Source: Candidatus Moraniibacteriota bacterium (GTDB lineage Bacteria > Patescibacteriota > Minisyncoccia > Moranbacterales > UBA1568). Taken from it: a stretch of 60,142 bases of DNA. This document shows positions 37,364 through 47,070 of the stretch, in pieces. Where the stretch lies: positions 1-60,142 of the forward strand of contig CAVZUR010000001.1 in assembly GCA_963778555.1 (NCBI GenBank), read 5' to 3'. Every line of letters starts with the position of its first letter. Positions within the stretch are counted from its first letter, which is position 1. The notes under the pieces are model-generated. The model was given only the letters and a program-made list of their open reading frames with translations. It did no database searches and was not told the DNA's origin. A program made the translations under genes and the position numbers.

Positions 37364-38737
37364 ATGAAAGTTCCTTTCATTGCAATTGTCTTGGCAGCCT
37401 CGATTCAGGCGGCCTATGGGAATAGCCAAAACGACCACTATCTGAGCACACTCGCTCGGGAAAATGAAACCTTCATTTCCTGCGATGAGTTCTATCAAGA
37501 GCGAGTCTTGTGTGAGCGTCTCCAGTCAGCTCGTGAACTTGTGCGTGGCATCACGCTCCAGACCTTCATGCGACAGGAGGGCAAGAAGGCCATCCGATAC
37601 CGTGAGTTCGCGCTCATCGCCTTCGATCCAGTTGAAGAAAACTTTCGCATCATCATGCTCGGCATGCCGGTCGATGTCTCGAAACAGCCGGATTTTCAAC
37701 CCATCGTGCTGTCCGAAGACGATGCGCTTCTTCGGGTGAGGCGCGTCCGTGGCAGCTCACTCAATAAGATGGTCTTCGAGATCACATCTGACGGCCGTCC
37801 GCTGTACGCGTATGCGGGCAAACACCTGCTCTTCACTGAGGAGCGTCACAGGAATGGCCAAAAAAGCGAGATCATTGAACCTGTGGTCTACCTGGCTACA
37901 CCGCCGTATCTCGTGAACGATGAGTTCGCGAGAAAAGGGCAGGAACTGTTCATGGCAGCCATCGAACAGGCCATCAGTGAGCTTCGCGCTTCTGGCGTTC
38001 CCTCCCTCGCCTATCCAGGCAGACTCGTCAGTGAAATCGTCACGGTGAATGAGATTGCCAAGCTGGTGGTGGCGGAGCAGACGGATCCCTGCTTTCTGGG
38101 GAAACGTCCGGCAGCTTGTGAGCGGCTCATTCCCGTACGGCCTTATCCAGACGATTGGGTTGCGATGCAGGGAGTCAATGCCGAGTTTGTTGTGAATGGT
38201 CTGGCGGCCTTCAGCCGCATGCGGTCAGCCGCGGCAGCGCGCGGCGTACTCCAATTCACGAACAATCGGAATCGGTACTCCGCCGGCACGTATAGTGTCA
38301 TCGCAGAGCGGTATCCAGCTGCCGAATTGGACCCCAACTTTCCGCGTGGAGCAATGAGCTTCAAGAACCTGGCAAAGGCCGCTGCCTGCCTCATCGATCT
38401 CGAGCTCGCAAGTTCGAAAATCCCACCTTGGTTCCGGGAAGCCTTCTTGGCTGATCGAGACTTCGGAATGGTAGTTCCGGGCAGTGCCTACAATGGCGGC
38501 GGCTCTCAGTCACAACTCCTCTCGCAACTCTTTGCGGGTTTTGTGAAGCGTCACGGGATACAGAGTCTCACCTTTGACCGCTTTCCTTGGGATCAATTCC
38601 TCGAGTGGGTGGATCGCTCCGTGGTAAAGCTCAAGCCCGAGACCCGCGGTTACATCCAGAAGCTCATCATCATTCGCGACCATTTGCTTCGGCATCGTCC
38701 GTCGCCACCGGTCAACTTCGAAGGGGTGCTCGCCTGA
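37364..38737 (+). CDS. Secreted hypothetical protein, possibly lytic-transglycosylase (SLT)-like
   Basis: GGAGG Shine-Dalgarno and a signal peptide. GVLQFT and AYNGGG resemble the SLT motifs GLMQ and AYNxG. The assignment is weak. Confidence 0.5.
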   Translation: MKVPFIAIVLAASIQAAYGNSQNDHYLSTLARENETFISCDEFYQERVLCERLQSARELVRGITLQTFMRQEGKKAIRYREFALIAFDPVEENFRIIMLGMPVDVSKQPDFQPIVLSEDDALLRVRRVRGSSLNKMVFEITSDGRPLYAYAGKHLLFTEERHRNGQKSEIIEPVVYLATPPYLVNDEFARKGQELFMAAIEQAISELRASGVPSLAYPGRLVSEIVTVNEIAKLVVAEQTDPCFLGKRPAACERLIPVRPYPDDWVAMQGVNAEFVVNGLAAFSRMRSAAAARGVLQFTNNRNRYSAGTYSVIAERYPAAELDPNFPRGAMSFKNLAKAAACLIDLELASSKIPPWFREAFLADRDFGMVVPGSAYNGGGSQSQLLSQLFAGFVKRHGIQSLTFDRFPWDQFLEWVDRSVVKLKPETRGYIQKLIIIRDHLLRHRPSPPVNFEGVLA

Positions 38738-38764
38738 GCCCCTTTTTTTCTTGGCCGGGGACTT

Positions 38765-38894
38765 GCCACCACACCAACTTTCGTCCGGTGTCTTGCCCAA
38801 GAAGCCATGGTTTCTAATGACCCTTTTCCTTCGTTGTTCATCCTGTTTGCTTGGATACATTCGGATAGCATGGGACTACAGTTGGTGTGGTGGC
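38765..38894. repeat. 15-bp perfect inverted repeat enclosing 100 nt
   Basis: GCCACCACACCAACT at 38765-38779 and AGTTGGTGTGGTGGC at 38880-38894. Confidence 0.9.
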
Positions 38895-38980
38895 TTGCCG
38901 GTGAACACACTGCCTGATATGCTGGCCTTTGTGCACTATCGTCCCACCGGACTTTTTTTATTTAAATTAAACCGTAGCCT

Positions 38981-39394
38981 ATGGCAACCAGTCATAAACG
39001 CCCAACCAATGTCGTTGTGAAGCGTTCGCGCGCCGGTCTCGGTCTGTTTGCTGCCGTTCCGTTCAAGAAGGGCGAAACCATCATCGAATACATCGGTCAC
39101 CGGATCACTGCCGCGGAAGGGGACGCACTCAAGCGGGCCAGCTATATCTTTACGGTGAACTCCCGGGTCGATATCAATGGCAGTCCGCGCTGGAACACCG
39201 CTCGCTATGCCAATCATTCCTGCCGTCCGAATTGCGAGTCGGTTATTCGCCGCGGCCGCGTCTTCATCGTCGCGCTGAAGCGTATCCAGCCGGGCGATGA
39301 GCTGACCTACGACTATGGCCGTGACTTTTTCAAGGACTTCATCCAGCCATTCGGTTGTCGCTGTGTGAAATGTGACGTTACTGCGCGCGCGTGA
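38981..39394 (+). CDS. SET-domain protein (lysine methyltransferase-like)
   Basis: RYANHSCRPNC and ELTYDYG motifs, plus a post-SET-like CRCVKC. Confidence 0.85.
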   Translation: MATSHKRPTNVVVKRSRAGLGLFAAVPFKKGETIIEYIGHRITAAEGDALKRASYIFTVNSRVDINGSPRWNTARYANHSCRPNCESVIRRGRVFIVALKRIQPGDELTYDYGRDFFKDFIQPFGCRCVKCDVTARA

Positions 39395-39437
39395 GTCCAT
39401 TGACCAACCGGGGTATCTGTGGCAAGCTCTGGTCACT

Positions 39438-40163
39438 ATGGACGACGAAATCGAATTCCCGATCCGCATCAACCGCTACCTGGCGGTTCGAGGCATTGTG
39501 ACTCGCAAGGCAGCCGATGGGCTGATCGCGAAAGGCCTCGTACTCATCAATGGTGAACGGGCCGCGCTCGGCGCGAAAGTGAACGCGGATGATCACGTCG
39601 AGGTGACGGCCGATATGACGGGGAAGCGGTACCGGTATATCGCTTACTATAAGCCGCGTGGCATCATTTCGCACTCGCCCGAGAAGCGAGAGAAAGGTAT
39701 TGCTGATGTCTTTTCTGTGAAGGGCGTCTTTCCCGTGGGTCGGCTCGATAAAGCATCGGAGGGACTGATCATTTTGACGGATGATGGCCGGATCACAGAG
39801 CGACTCCTCCATCCGCGTTTCGTGCATGAGAAAGAGTACGAAGTGAAGATTCAGGAAGCCTTCAAGCCTCGGGATCTCGCCCGGCTGACCCAGGGCATCG
39901 AGAGCGAAGGGGAGCGGCTCACAGCCAAGCGGGTGAAACTATTGGATCAACAGTCGCTGGAAATTGTCCTGACTGAAGGGAAAAAGCATCAGATCCGGCG
40001 CATGCTGGCCGCCTTGCACCTCACGGTGAAGGAACTGCGGCGGGTGCGTATCTTGGATGTTCACCTGGGAACACTCGAACCGGGAGAGGGCCGCGAACTT
40101 CGCGGAAAAGAACTCGATACATTTCTTCGCTCACTGTCGCTTCCTGTTGGGCGAACAGAGTAG
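39438..40163 (+). CDS. Pseudouridine synthase, RsuA/RluB family
   Basis: S4 domain (RINRYLAVRGIVTRKAADGLI), catalytic GRLDKASEGLIILTDDG, and KHQIRRM. Confidence 0.85.
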   Translation: MDDEIEFPIRINRYLAVRGIVTRKAADGLIAKGLVLINGERAALGAKVNADDHVEVTADMTGKRYRYIAYYKPRGIISHSPEKREKGIADVFSVKGVFPVGRLDKASEGLIILTDDGRITERLLHPRFVHEKEYEVKIQEAFKPRDLARLTQGIESEGERLTAKRVKLLDQQSLEIVLTEGKKHQIRRMLAALHLTVKELRRVRILDVHLGTLEPGEGRELRGKELDTFLRSLSLPVGRTE

Positions 40164-40204
40164 CCACCCCTCCTCGACTGCGTGCGGGATGCTAGAATGG
40201 ATGC

Positions 40205-40714
40205 ATGGAGGAAAGGAATAGCGGACAACCGGCGCGCCGAAAAGGCTTCACACTGATCGAGGTACTGATAGTCGTCTCTATCACCTCCATCCTGATGGCG
40301 ACCGTGATGGTTTCACTCCAGGCGGCGCGGCTCAAATCCCAAGCCGTCCAGAGCCTGACGGACATCCAGCGCATCGCGCTCTATATCGAGACGTACAAGG
40401 CGAATTACGGCAGCTATCCGCTGTCATGTGGGACGGGTGGGGCATGGGCGAGTCGCAACGCGAATCCTTGGGGGTGCGGCCTTGGGGCCTGCTGGATTCC
40501 GCAGTTTGCTACTGAAACCTGGTGTCCACTGCCGTCGAATTTGAATGCGCCGACGGCGAGTAGTCAATACATCTATTTCACCAATGCGACGGGGACCGAC
40601 TACAAACTGCTCTATCATCAGCCTGTGAGTCTCGCTATTCCGGCTGAATTCATCGATCCAATGCGGCCGACATGGGCATTCGGTATCTGGAGTTCGGGCG
40701 GGATCACTTATTAG
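40205..40714 (+). CDS. Type IV pilin / pseudopilin-like protein
   Basis: Prepilin signal RRKGFTLIEVLIVVSI followed by a hydrophobic helix. Confidence 0.8.
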   Translation: MEERNSGQPARRKGFTLIEVLIVVSITSILMATVMVSLQAARLKSQAVQSLTDIQRIALYIETYKANYGSYPLSCGTGGAWASRNANPWGCGLGACWIPQFATETWCPLPSNLNAPTASSQYIYFTNATGTDYKLLYHQPVSLAIPAEFIDPMRPTWAFGIWSSGGITY

Positions 40715-40744
40715 CTTGCCGGGGGAGTACCTGAGAGTACATGT

Positions 40745-40978
40745 ATGATCGATACCTTCGTCAGATATATTGAAACGAAAACGGGCATCTATTTGTATCC
40801 GCGGTTCGTGCTTTCGGTCGGATCACTTTTGGCGAGTTTGCTCTTGTTCGGAATCGTGTATTTTTTCGTTTCCGCGTATTTGGAGAGCATCCAGACCGTT
40901 CCGCCAGTCGGAGAAAAAGCCCAGGCTGATTATGACGCGCGGATGCGATCGTCAGCGCGCGGTCTCGAGTTGCCATAG
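40745..40978 (+). CDS. Small membrane protein
   Basis: 77 aa with one TM helix. No family recognised. Confidence 0.4.
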   Translation: MIDTFVRYIETKTGIYLYPRFVLSVGSLLASLLLFGIVYFFVSAYLESIQTVPPVGEKAQADYDARMRSSARGLELP

Positions 40979-41049
40979 GTGCTTTACGGCAACCTTTTTC
41001 TATGGGATAATCTTTCGGAGGCCGAATGCGCGTTTTTGACGCTTCCCTC

Positions 41050-41078
41050 TTGACAAGAAATACAAAAGCTGCTTAATT
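41050..41078 (+). promoter_or_regulatory. Candidate sigma-70 promoter of the glycan operon
   Basis: TTGACA (41050-41055), 17-nt spacer, TTAATT (41073-41078). Confidence 0.45.
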
Positions 41079-41155
41079 AGAGTTTCGCCCTGGAGGAGAG
41101 AACTCGTTTTTTTTATCCCGTTTACCGCCCTTACCCGCTTTTCCGGATACCGGTT

Positions 41156-43474
41156 ATGCCTGACCGTCGGCTTTCAGTTATTATCCCTACGCTCAATGAG
41201 CGGGGGAATATCGGTGCTCTCGTGGAGCGCTTGTCTCGCGCGCTCGGCGACTCCGGCCTGATCTGGGAGGCGATTTTCATCGATGACCACTCGACGGACG
41301 GGACCTATCAAGCATTGGAACGGCTTGCTCGTTCCGAACCGTCCGTCCGTCACTTCCTGAAACAAGGGAAGCGCGGCAAAGCCTACTCGCTTCTCGAAGG
41401 CTTTGAGCAGGCCCGGTACGAATATGTGGCAATCCTCGACGCTGATCTTCAGTATCCGCCCGAAGCGTTGCCTGGAATGGTCGACAAACTAGACACGGGG
41501 CATGCGGACATCGTGGTCGCGAATCGTTCGACGCTCGAGACCAGCTATCTCCGTCGTTTCCTCTCCCGTGTTTTCAAAGGCGTCTTCAGTCAATTTCTCC
41601 ACGGACTCGATTGCGACGTGCAGTCCGGTCTGAAAGTATTCCGCCGGAAAATCCTCCGCGAGGTCCGGCTCGATCCGACGCCCTGGACCTTTGACTTGGA
41701 ATTCCTCCTCTCGGCTCGGAATTACGGCTACGTGATCACGACAGTGGATATCGCGTTCGCGGAACGGATCAAGGGTGAATCGAAAATCCATTTTTTGAAA
41801 GCGATCTGGGAAATCGGTTGGAACGCCCTCATGCTCCGATTCAAGGGCCGTCCGCCGCTCCTCATCTCGCCTGGCTCCTACGACAGCATGCTCGGTGCGG
41901 GCGTCGCGCATGATCGGAAGCGCTTCATCACGCACACGACGCTCCATCATCGCTACTCTGCTCTCAATACCTTCGCCCCGTGGCAGCGCAATTTCGGGAT
42001 TTTTATCCTGACGGCCATTGTCATTGGCCTCATCCTTGATCCGCTCTTGACCGGTATCGTCGTCATCGCGATCCTGTCCTCGGTCTACTTCATCGATGTG
42101 TTCTTCAATCTCGGTCTCGTCCTGAAAAGCCTGAAGACGCCGCCCGAAATCGAGTCGACAGAAGCCGAGCTGCGCGCCCTGCCGGACGCTGAGTTGCCTC
42201 TCTATTCCATCCTCTGCCCGCTCTACAAAGAGGCACATATGCTCCCGGGCTTCATCGCTGCGATCGAGAAATTCGAATGGCCGCATGATAAGCTCGATGT
42301 TCTCCTTCTCCTCGAGGAGAACGATCCGGAAACCGTCGCTGCCGCCGAAGCGATGACACTCCCGGCCTATGTCCGTATCATCGTGGTGCCGCATTCCGAG
42401 CCGAAGACGAAGCCGAAGGCCTGCAATTACGGCCTGTCGCTCGCCCGCGGCGAGTACATCGTCATCTATGATGCCGAGGACATCCCGGATTCGTGGCAGC
42501 TCCGCAAAGCCTATCTCGGTTTCCAGAAGTCCGGACCCGAAGTGAAGTGTCTCCAGGCGAAACTCAACTATTTCAATTCAGAAGACAATCTTCTCACCCG
42601 CTTCTTCACGGCCGAGTACTCGCTTTGGTTTGATATCGTCCTGGTCGGCCTCCAGTCGATCAATACGTCCATCCCACTCGGCGGCACGAGCAATCATTTC
42701 CGGACCAAAGACCTCCTCGAGCTCGAAGGCTGGGATCCGTTCAATGTGACCGAGGACTGCGACCTGGGCGTTCGCATCTTCAAGCGCGGCGCCCGGACCG
42801 CCATCATCGATTCCGTCACCTTGGAAGAAGCCAATAGTCATGTCCAGAACTGGCTGCGCCAGCGCTCGCGTTGGATCAAGGGCTATATGCAGACGTACCT
42901 CGTCCACATGCGCCATCCGTACACGTTCCTGCGCGAGAGCGGCATCCACGCGCTCCTCTTCCAGCTCATCGTCGGAGCCAAACTCTCGTTCCTCTTCATC
43001 AATCCGATCCTCTGGCTGACGACGATCGCGTACTTCGTGCTGTATTCGTATGTCGGACCAACCATCGAAGCGCTCTATCCGACCTGGATATTCTACATGG
43101 CGGCCATCTCGCTCGTTTTCGGGAACTTCCTCTACCTCTATTACTACATGGTCGGCTGCGCCAAGCGCCATCACTGGCCGCTCATCAAGTACGTGTTCTT
43201 TGTGCCGCTCTACTGGATCCTGGGCTCGACCGCGGCCTATATCGCCTTGTATGAGCTTCTGGTGAAGCCGCACTATTGGCAGAAGACGGTGCACGGTCTG
43301 AACCTGGCCCATGCCAAGAAGCGCGAGGCCAATGCCGAGCGCCGACAGGCTCTGCGCGACGTTTTCGGCCGCCTGACCGCTGGTGCGCGGAATCTAGATC
43401 CCAGCAAGCGTCATAAAGATGGCTTTGAGCGTGAAGTCTGCCCTGGTCAAATTCGCATCGTTAACGGCTGGTGA
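41156..43474 (+). CDS. Fusion of two GT2 glycosyltransferase domains separated by TM helices
   Basis: N-terminal VIIPTLNE...FIDDHSTDGT...ILDADLQYPP. C-terminal YDAEDIP...TEDCDLG...QRSRWIKGY (QxxRW processive type), then TM helices. Confidence 0.85.
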   Translation: MPDRRLSVIIPTLNERGNIGALVERLSRALGDSGLIWEAIFIDDHSTDGTYQALERLARSEPSVRHFLKQGKRGKAYSLLEGFEQARYEYVAILDADLQYPPEALPGMVDKLDTGHADIVVANRSTLETSYLRRFLSRVFKGVFSQFLHGLDCDVQSGLKVFRRKILREVRLDPTPWTFDLEFLLSARNYGYVITTVDIAFAERIKGESKIHFLKAIWEIGWNALMLRFKGRPPLLISPGSYDSMLGAGVAHDRKRFITHTTLHHRYSALNTFAPWQRNFGIFILTAIVIGLILDPLLTGIVVIAILSSVYFIDVFFNLGLVLKSLKTPPEIESTEAELRALPDAELPLYSILCPLYKEAHMLPGFIAAIEKFEWPHDKLDVLLLLEENDPETVAAAEAMTLPAYVRIIVVPHSEPKTKPKACNYGLSLARGEYIVIYDAEDIPDSWQLRKAYLGFQKSGPEVKCLQAKLNYFNSEDNLLTRFFTAEYSLWFDIVLVGLQSINTSIPLGGTSNHFRTKDLLELEGWDPFNVTEDCDLGVRIFKRGARTAIIDSVTLEEANSHVQNWLRQRSRWIKGYMQTYLVHMRHPYTFLRESGIHALLFQLIVGAKLSFLFINPILWLTTIAYFVLYSYVGPTIEALYPTWIFYMAAISLVFGNFLYLYYYMVGCAKRHHWPLIKYVFFVPLYWILGSTAAYIALYELLVKPHYWQKTVHGLNLAHAKKREANAERRQALRDVFGRLTAGARNLDPSKRHKDGFEREVCPGQIRIVNGW

Positions 43475-43552
43475 CACACCAAGACGGAACGGCCTCCGAA
43501 GGAGACGGTTGATACGTTAAACAATCAGCTGGCTTTACTGGGATTCTTGGTC

Positions 43553-44860
43553 GGATGATCGAGAAGATTCGCCGTCAAGTGCCGGACAACATCTGGAATT
43601 TTGTCTTTTCGACAAAGGTCTGCTCATGCGAGCGCTTCGGCATCGAGTTTCATCAATTTTATCTTCAATGCCTATCGCGGGACGGATTTTCGATTCGAAG
43701 AGCTCTCGCTAGATGACACTTATCAATACCTTTTGGTTTTTGGTGGTGGTCGTCATCAGTGCCTTTTCCTCGACCATCAATTTCCGAACAGCGTATCTGT
43801 TTGGAGCGAAGACACAAATCCGTCGCCCTCGCCTTCCTGAAGAACAGTCTGAGGCGGCGCTCATTATCATCGGCATCCCTTGCGGATAATCTGGCTGCTC
43901 ATTATCCCGTCATTGTAGATTCTTCCCATCGGCCGATTATCTTTCGCTTCTGCTTTTCACCCCGATCTTCATCTTTGGCGTGCATGACGGCTGCCTACCG
44001 TGGTTTTCTCCAGGGGAATTTCAATTTTGGCTATGTTGCCATTCTCTTCGTGTTCGAGTCGGCTTCTAAACTGGTATTTGCGCTCATCTTACATGCCATT
44101 GGACTTGAACCGTACGTCTATGTCTCGATACCACTTTCCGTGGCGGCTACAGCACTTTTGGCGTTGATTTTCATGCGTAAGGCGACCGAGGAAATGGTGC
44201 CAAGCGAAAATACTTCAGAGACTTTCCCGCGGCCGTTTTTTTTCGCTTCTTTCGCCAGTAACTTTTCCTCGGTCGTTTTTTTGAGTCTAGACGTCCTCCT
44301 CGTCAATCATTTCTTCCCGCCATATCAGGCTGGACAGTATGCGCTCCTGTCGCTGGTGGGGAAGATGGTGTATTTTCTCGGAACGTTACCGAATTACTTC
44401 ACGATTACTTTCGTCAGCCGGCGTGAGGGCTGAACGTCGGAGCTCGCGTCGATATTTTTCTTTGTCTACGGAATTACCGCACTTGTTAGTTTTAGTGCCT
44501 TTTTCCTCCTCGGTCCATTCGGAGAGTATATTGTCCCATTCCTTTTTGGTGAGAAAGCACGTGACATTTTGCCCTATCTCATTCCGTACTGCGCCGCGCT
44601 CGGAATCTTTGCTTTGAATGGATCCTTCGTTTCTTACCACTTAGCCAAGAAACGCTACGCTTTTCGGGTGTGACCTTGCTGATCTCGCTGCTCCTTGTGG
44701 TGGGTATACAGCTTTTTCATCAGAATCTGCATGAAGTAGTCTGGGTCGTGTTCGTTGTCAGCGTCGCGAGTTGGTCATTGTTGTGGCTGCACCCACTTCT
44801 CTTACCAGCACCTGCCATTCTTCCATCGTGGAATCATTGACTTCTTTGATATTTTCTTCG
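43553..44860 (+). pseudogene. Polysaccharide flippase (Wzx/MOP-like) membrane protein, many frame disruptions
   Basis: Hydrophobic segments are spread over all three frames (for example 43759-44433). There is no long intact ORF. Confidence 0.5.
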
Positions 44861-44879
44861 GCCAGCTATCCAGCGCCGG

Positions 44880-46005
44880 TGGTGGCGCGGGAAGAAACGC
44901 ATCCTCGATCATGAACTGGCGCGATACAAGACACAGCTATTGCGGGCGGCGCCGAAGTTTATGTCGAAGAGATCGCGAAGGGATGGGTGAAAGAGGGGCA
45001 CCATGTGACGATCTTCTCCGGGAACGATGGGAAGTCCCCGCGACATGAGACAGTGAATGGCATCCGGATCATCCGGCGCGGCGGCTTCTTCCTCGTCTAT
45101 GCGTGGGCCTTCCTGTACTATATGTTGCGTCTCGGGGCGGCAGTACGATATCGTTGTTGATTGTGAGAATGGCATACCGTTCTTCACGCCGCTCTATGTG
45201 CGCAAGCCAATCGTTTGTCTCATGCATCATGTCCATCAGGATGTCTTCTTCCGTTCACTGCCGAAGCCGCTTGCCTGGTTTGCGAGCTTTCTCGAGAAGA
45301 ACCTGATGCCGCTCATTTACAGTAATGTGCTCGTTCGTCACAGTGTCTGACTCCAGTCGCGAGGAGATGCAGGAACTTGGGCTGGGAAGGCCGGTATCAC
45401 AGTCGTCCATCCTGGTATCGACGGCGAAGAATTCTCTCGCAGTCACTCGTTCCGAAAGCTCTGCATCCGACGGTCCTGTATCTCGGCCGTCTGAAGGCTT
45501 ATAAATCAGTGAATGTTCTGATTCAGGCGTTCCGCATCGTTCTGTCAGAACGGCCCGAAACAAAGCTCATCATTGCAGGTGACGGGGAGGAACGGGAAGC
45601 ATCTGAAACAATCTGGCTGAAGACCTCCGGCTGTCATATGATCAGGTTAAATTAGTCGGTCATATCAGCCATAAGGAGAAGATTAAGCTGCTTCAGGAAG
45701 CCTGGATGCTCGTGAATCCATCATTCATGGAGGGCTGGGGCATTGTCGCTATCGAGGCGAGTGCGTGTGGCACGCCAGTCATCGCCTCAGACGTACCAGG
45801 ACTTCGGGACTCGGTTCGTCACGAAGGGACGGGCTACCTCGTCGAATATGGTGATGTGAAAGGGTTCGCTGAGCGGATACTTCTCATCATCCGGGACAAG
45901 GAGCTCCGCGAAGGACTGTCGACCAATGCTCGAGTGTGGGCAGGGAATTTTGATTGGCAAAGGATGGGCAAGAATTTTCTCGCCATCATTACCGATATCC
46001 GATAA
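44880..46005 (+). pseudogene. GT4 glycosyltransferase, several frame disruptions
   Basis: GGAEVYVEEIAKGWVKEGHHVTIF, ENGIPFFTPLY, and the intact C-terminus 45706-46005 (NPSFMEGWGIVAIEASACGTPVIASDVPG). Confidence 0.75.
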
Positions 46006-46262
46006 TGCGTATGTCATCCGTATCCTCAAGCCATACTTCATCTGTCCCGCGATCTGATAATTCTTCAGCCTCGAAAGTGCGTCTGCCGTCCGATCTGCCG
46101 AAACGAATTGGCGCTTTTACGTTTGTCGGAGTGAAGTCTGGCACTGTCGATAGTCGTCCTTGCCGATTCGGATTGTATGAAGACGAAGAAGGAAGTGTCG
46201 CGCTGGTTAAGTACTGGAGCGGAAAAAAAAGAAACCGCTGCTGCTCGGCGACTGTCCAATGA
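46005..46262 (+). CDS. APH/choline-kinase-like phosphotransferase, N-terminal fragment
   Basis: Start overlaps the GT4 stop (TAATG). Frame is lost at the A8 run 46223-46230. Confidence 0.55.
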   Translation: MRMSSVSSSHTSSVPRSDNSSASKVRLPSDLPKRIGAFTFVGVKSGTVDSRPCRFGLYEDEEGSVALVKYWSGKKRNRCCSATVQ

Positions 46263-47061
46263 GATTTACGTCTATACGGCCCTGTGGCAGTTTTTGGATC
46301 GGCATCCCGATATAGTGAGCCAGTTCCCTGATGTCCGCATCCCGAAACTCATCGAAGCGCATGAGCATAAGAATGAGCGGCTCATTCTTATGGAGTATAT
46401 CGAGGGTGAACGGCTGGAAGACCAATCATGGGAAATGAGAAAGAAGTCCTATGAACGGGTGCTGGCCTATCTGAAAACTATTAGTCTTGGGGTCGCACAG
46501 GAAGAGGGTGGCAAACTGCCGCGTCGGAGCCATCGGTTTCTTTTGGCAATCCTCCCCATCATCATACTCAAGGCCATTGTTCGTCATCCGGCTAAAATGG
46601 GACTGATTATGCGTGGATTTTTTCAGGCTTGCTTGTCGTGGCCCGCGCTTGGCCGGACGGATCGGAAAGCCTTTGCTCATCGTGATCCGGGTGGTTGGAA
46701 CATACTGGTTCGCGACCAACGATTGTGGGTCATTGATTTCGACCTGTCGGCGATAACTCATCCTCTGACCGACCTTGTGGCGCTCAGTCTCAAGTTGTGG
46801 GACAACAGAGAAGAAGGGAGGGAATTTTCTGAGTCGTCCTGGGTGCGGACACAACTGGTTTCACACACAGCCCAGCGTGCCTATAGGGCCCTCAGTCTTC
46901 ATCTCGCTCTCTACAACCTTGCCCTCCCAAATGGGCGGCACGAAGCGGGTGTCAGTGCATTCATCAGATACCTCCTTGCGGACAGCGTTTCTATCGATCG
47001 TCGTCCTGATTGGAAACAGATGGACAAGAGTATTGTTGGCGGTTATCACCGAAAGTCATAA
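46177..47061 (+). CDS. APH/choline-kinase-like phosphotransferase, main part
   Basis: Catalytic loop HRDPGGWNILV and VIDFDLS. Confidence 0.75.
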   Translation: MKTKKEVSRWLSTGAEKKETAAARRLSNEIYVYTALWQFLDRHPDIVSQFPDVRIPKLIEAHEHKNERLILMEYIEGERLEDQSWEMRKKSYERVLAYLKTISLGVAQEEGGKLPRRSHRFLLAILPIIILKAIVRHPAKMGLIMRGFFQACLSWPALGRTDRKAFAHRDPGGWNILVRDQRLWVIDFDLSAITHPLTDLVALSLKLWDNREEGREFSESSWVRTQLVSHTAQRAYRALSLHLALYNLALPNGRHEAGVSAFIRYLLADSVSIDRRPDWKQMDKSIVGGYHRKS

Positions 47062-47070
47062 CTCAGTGCT

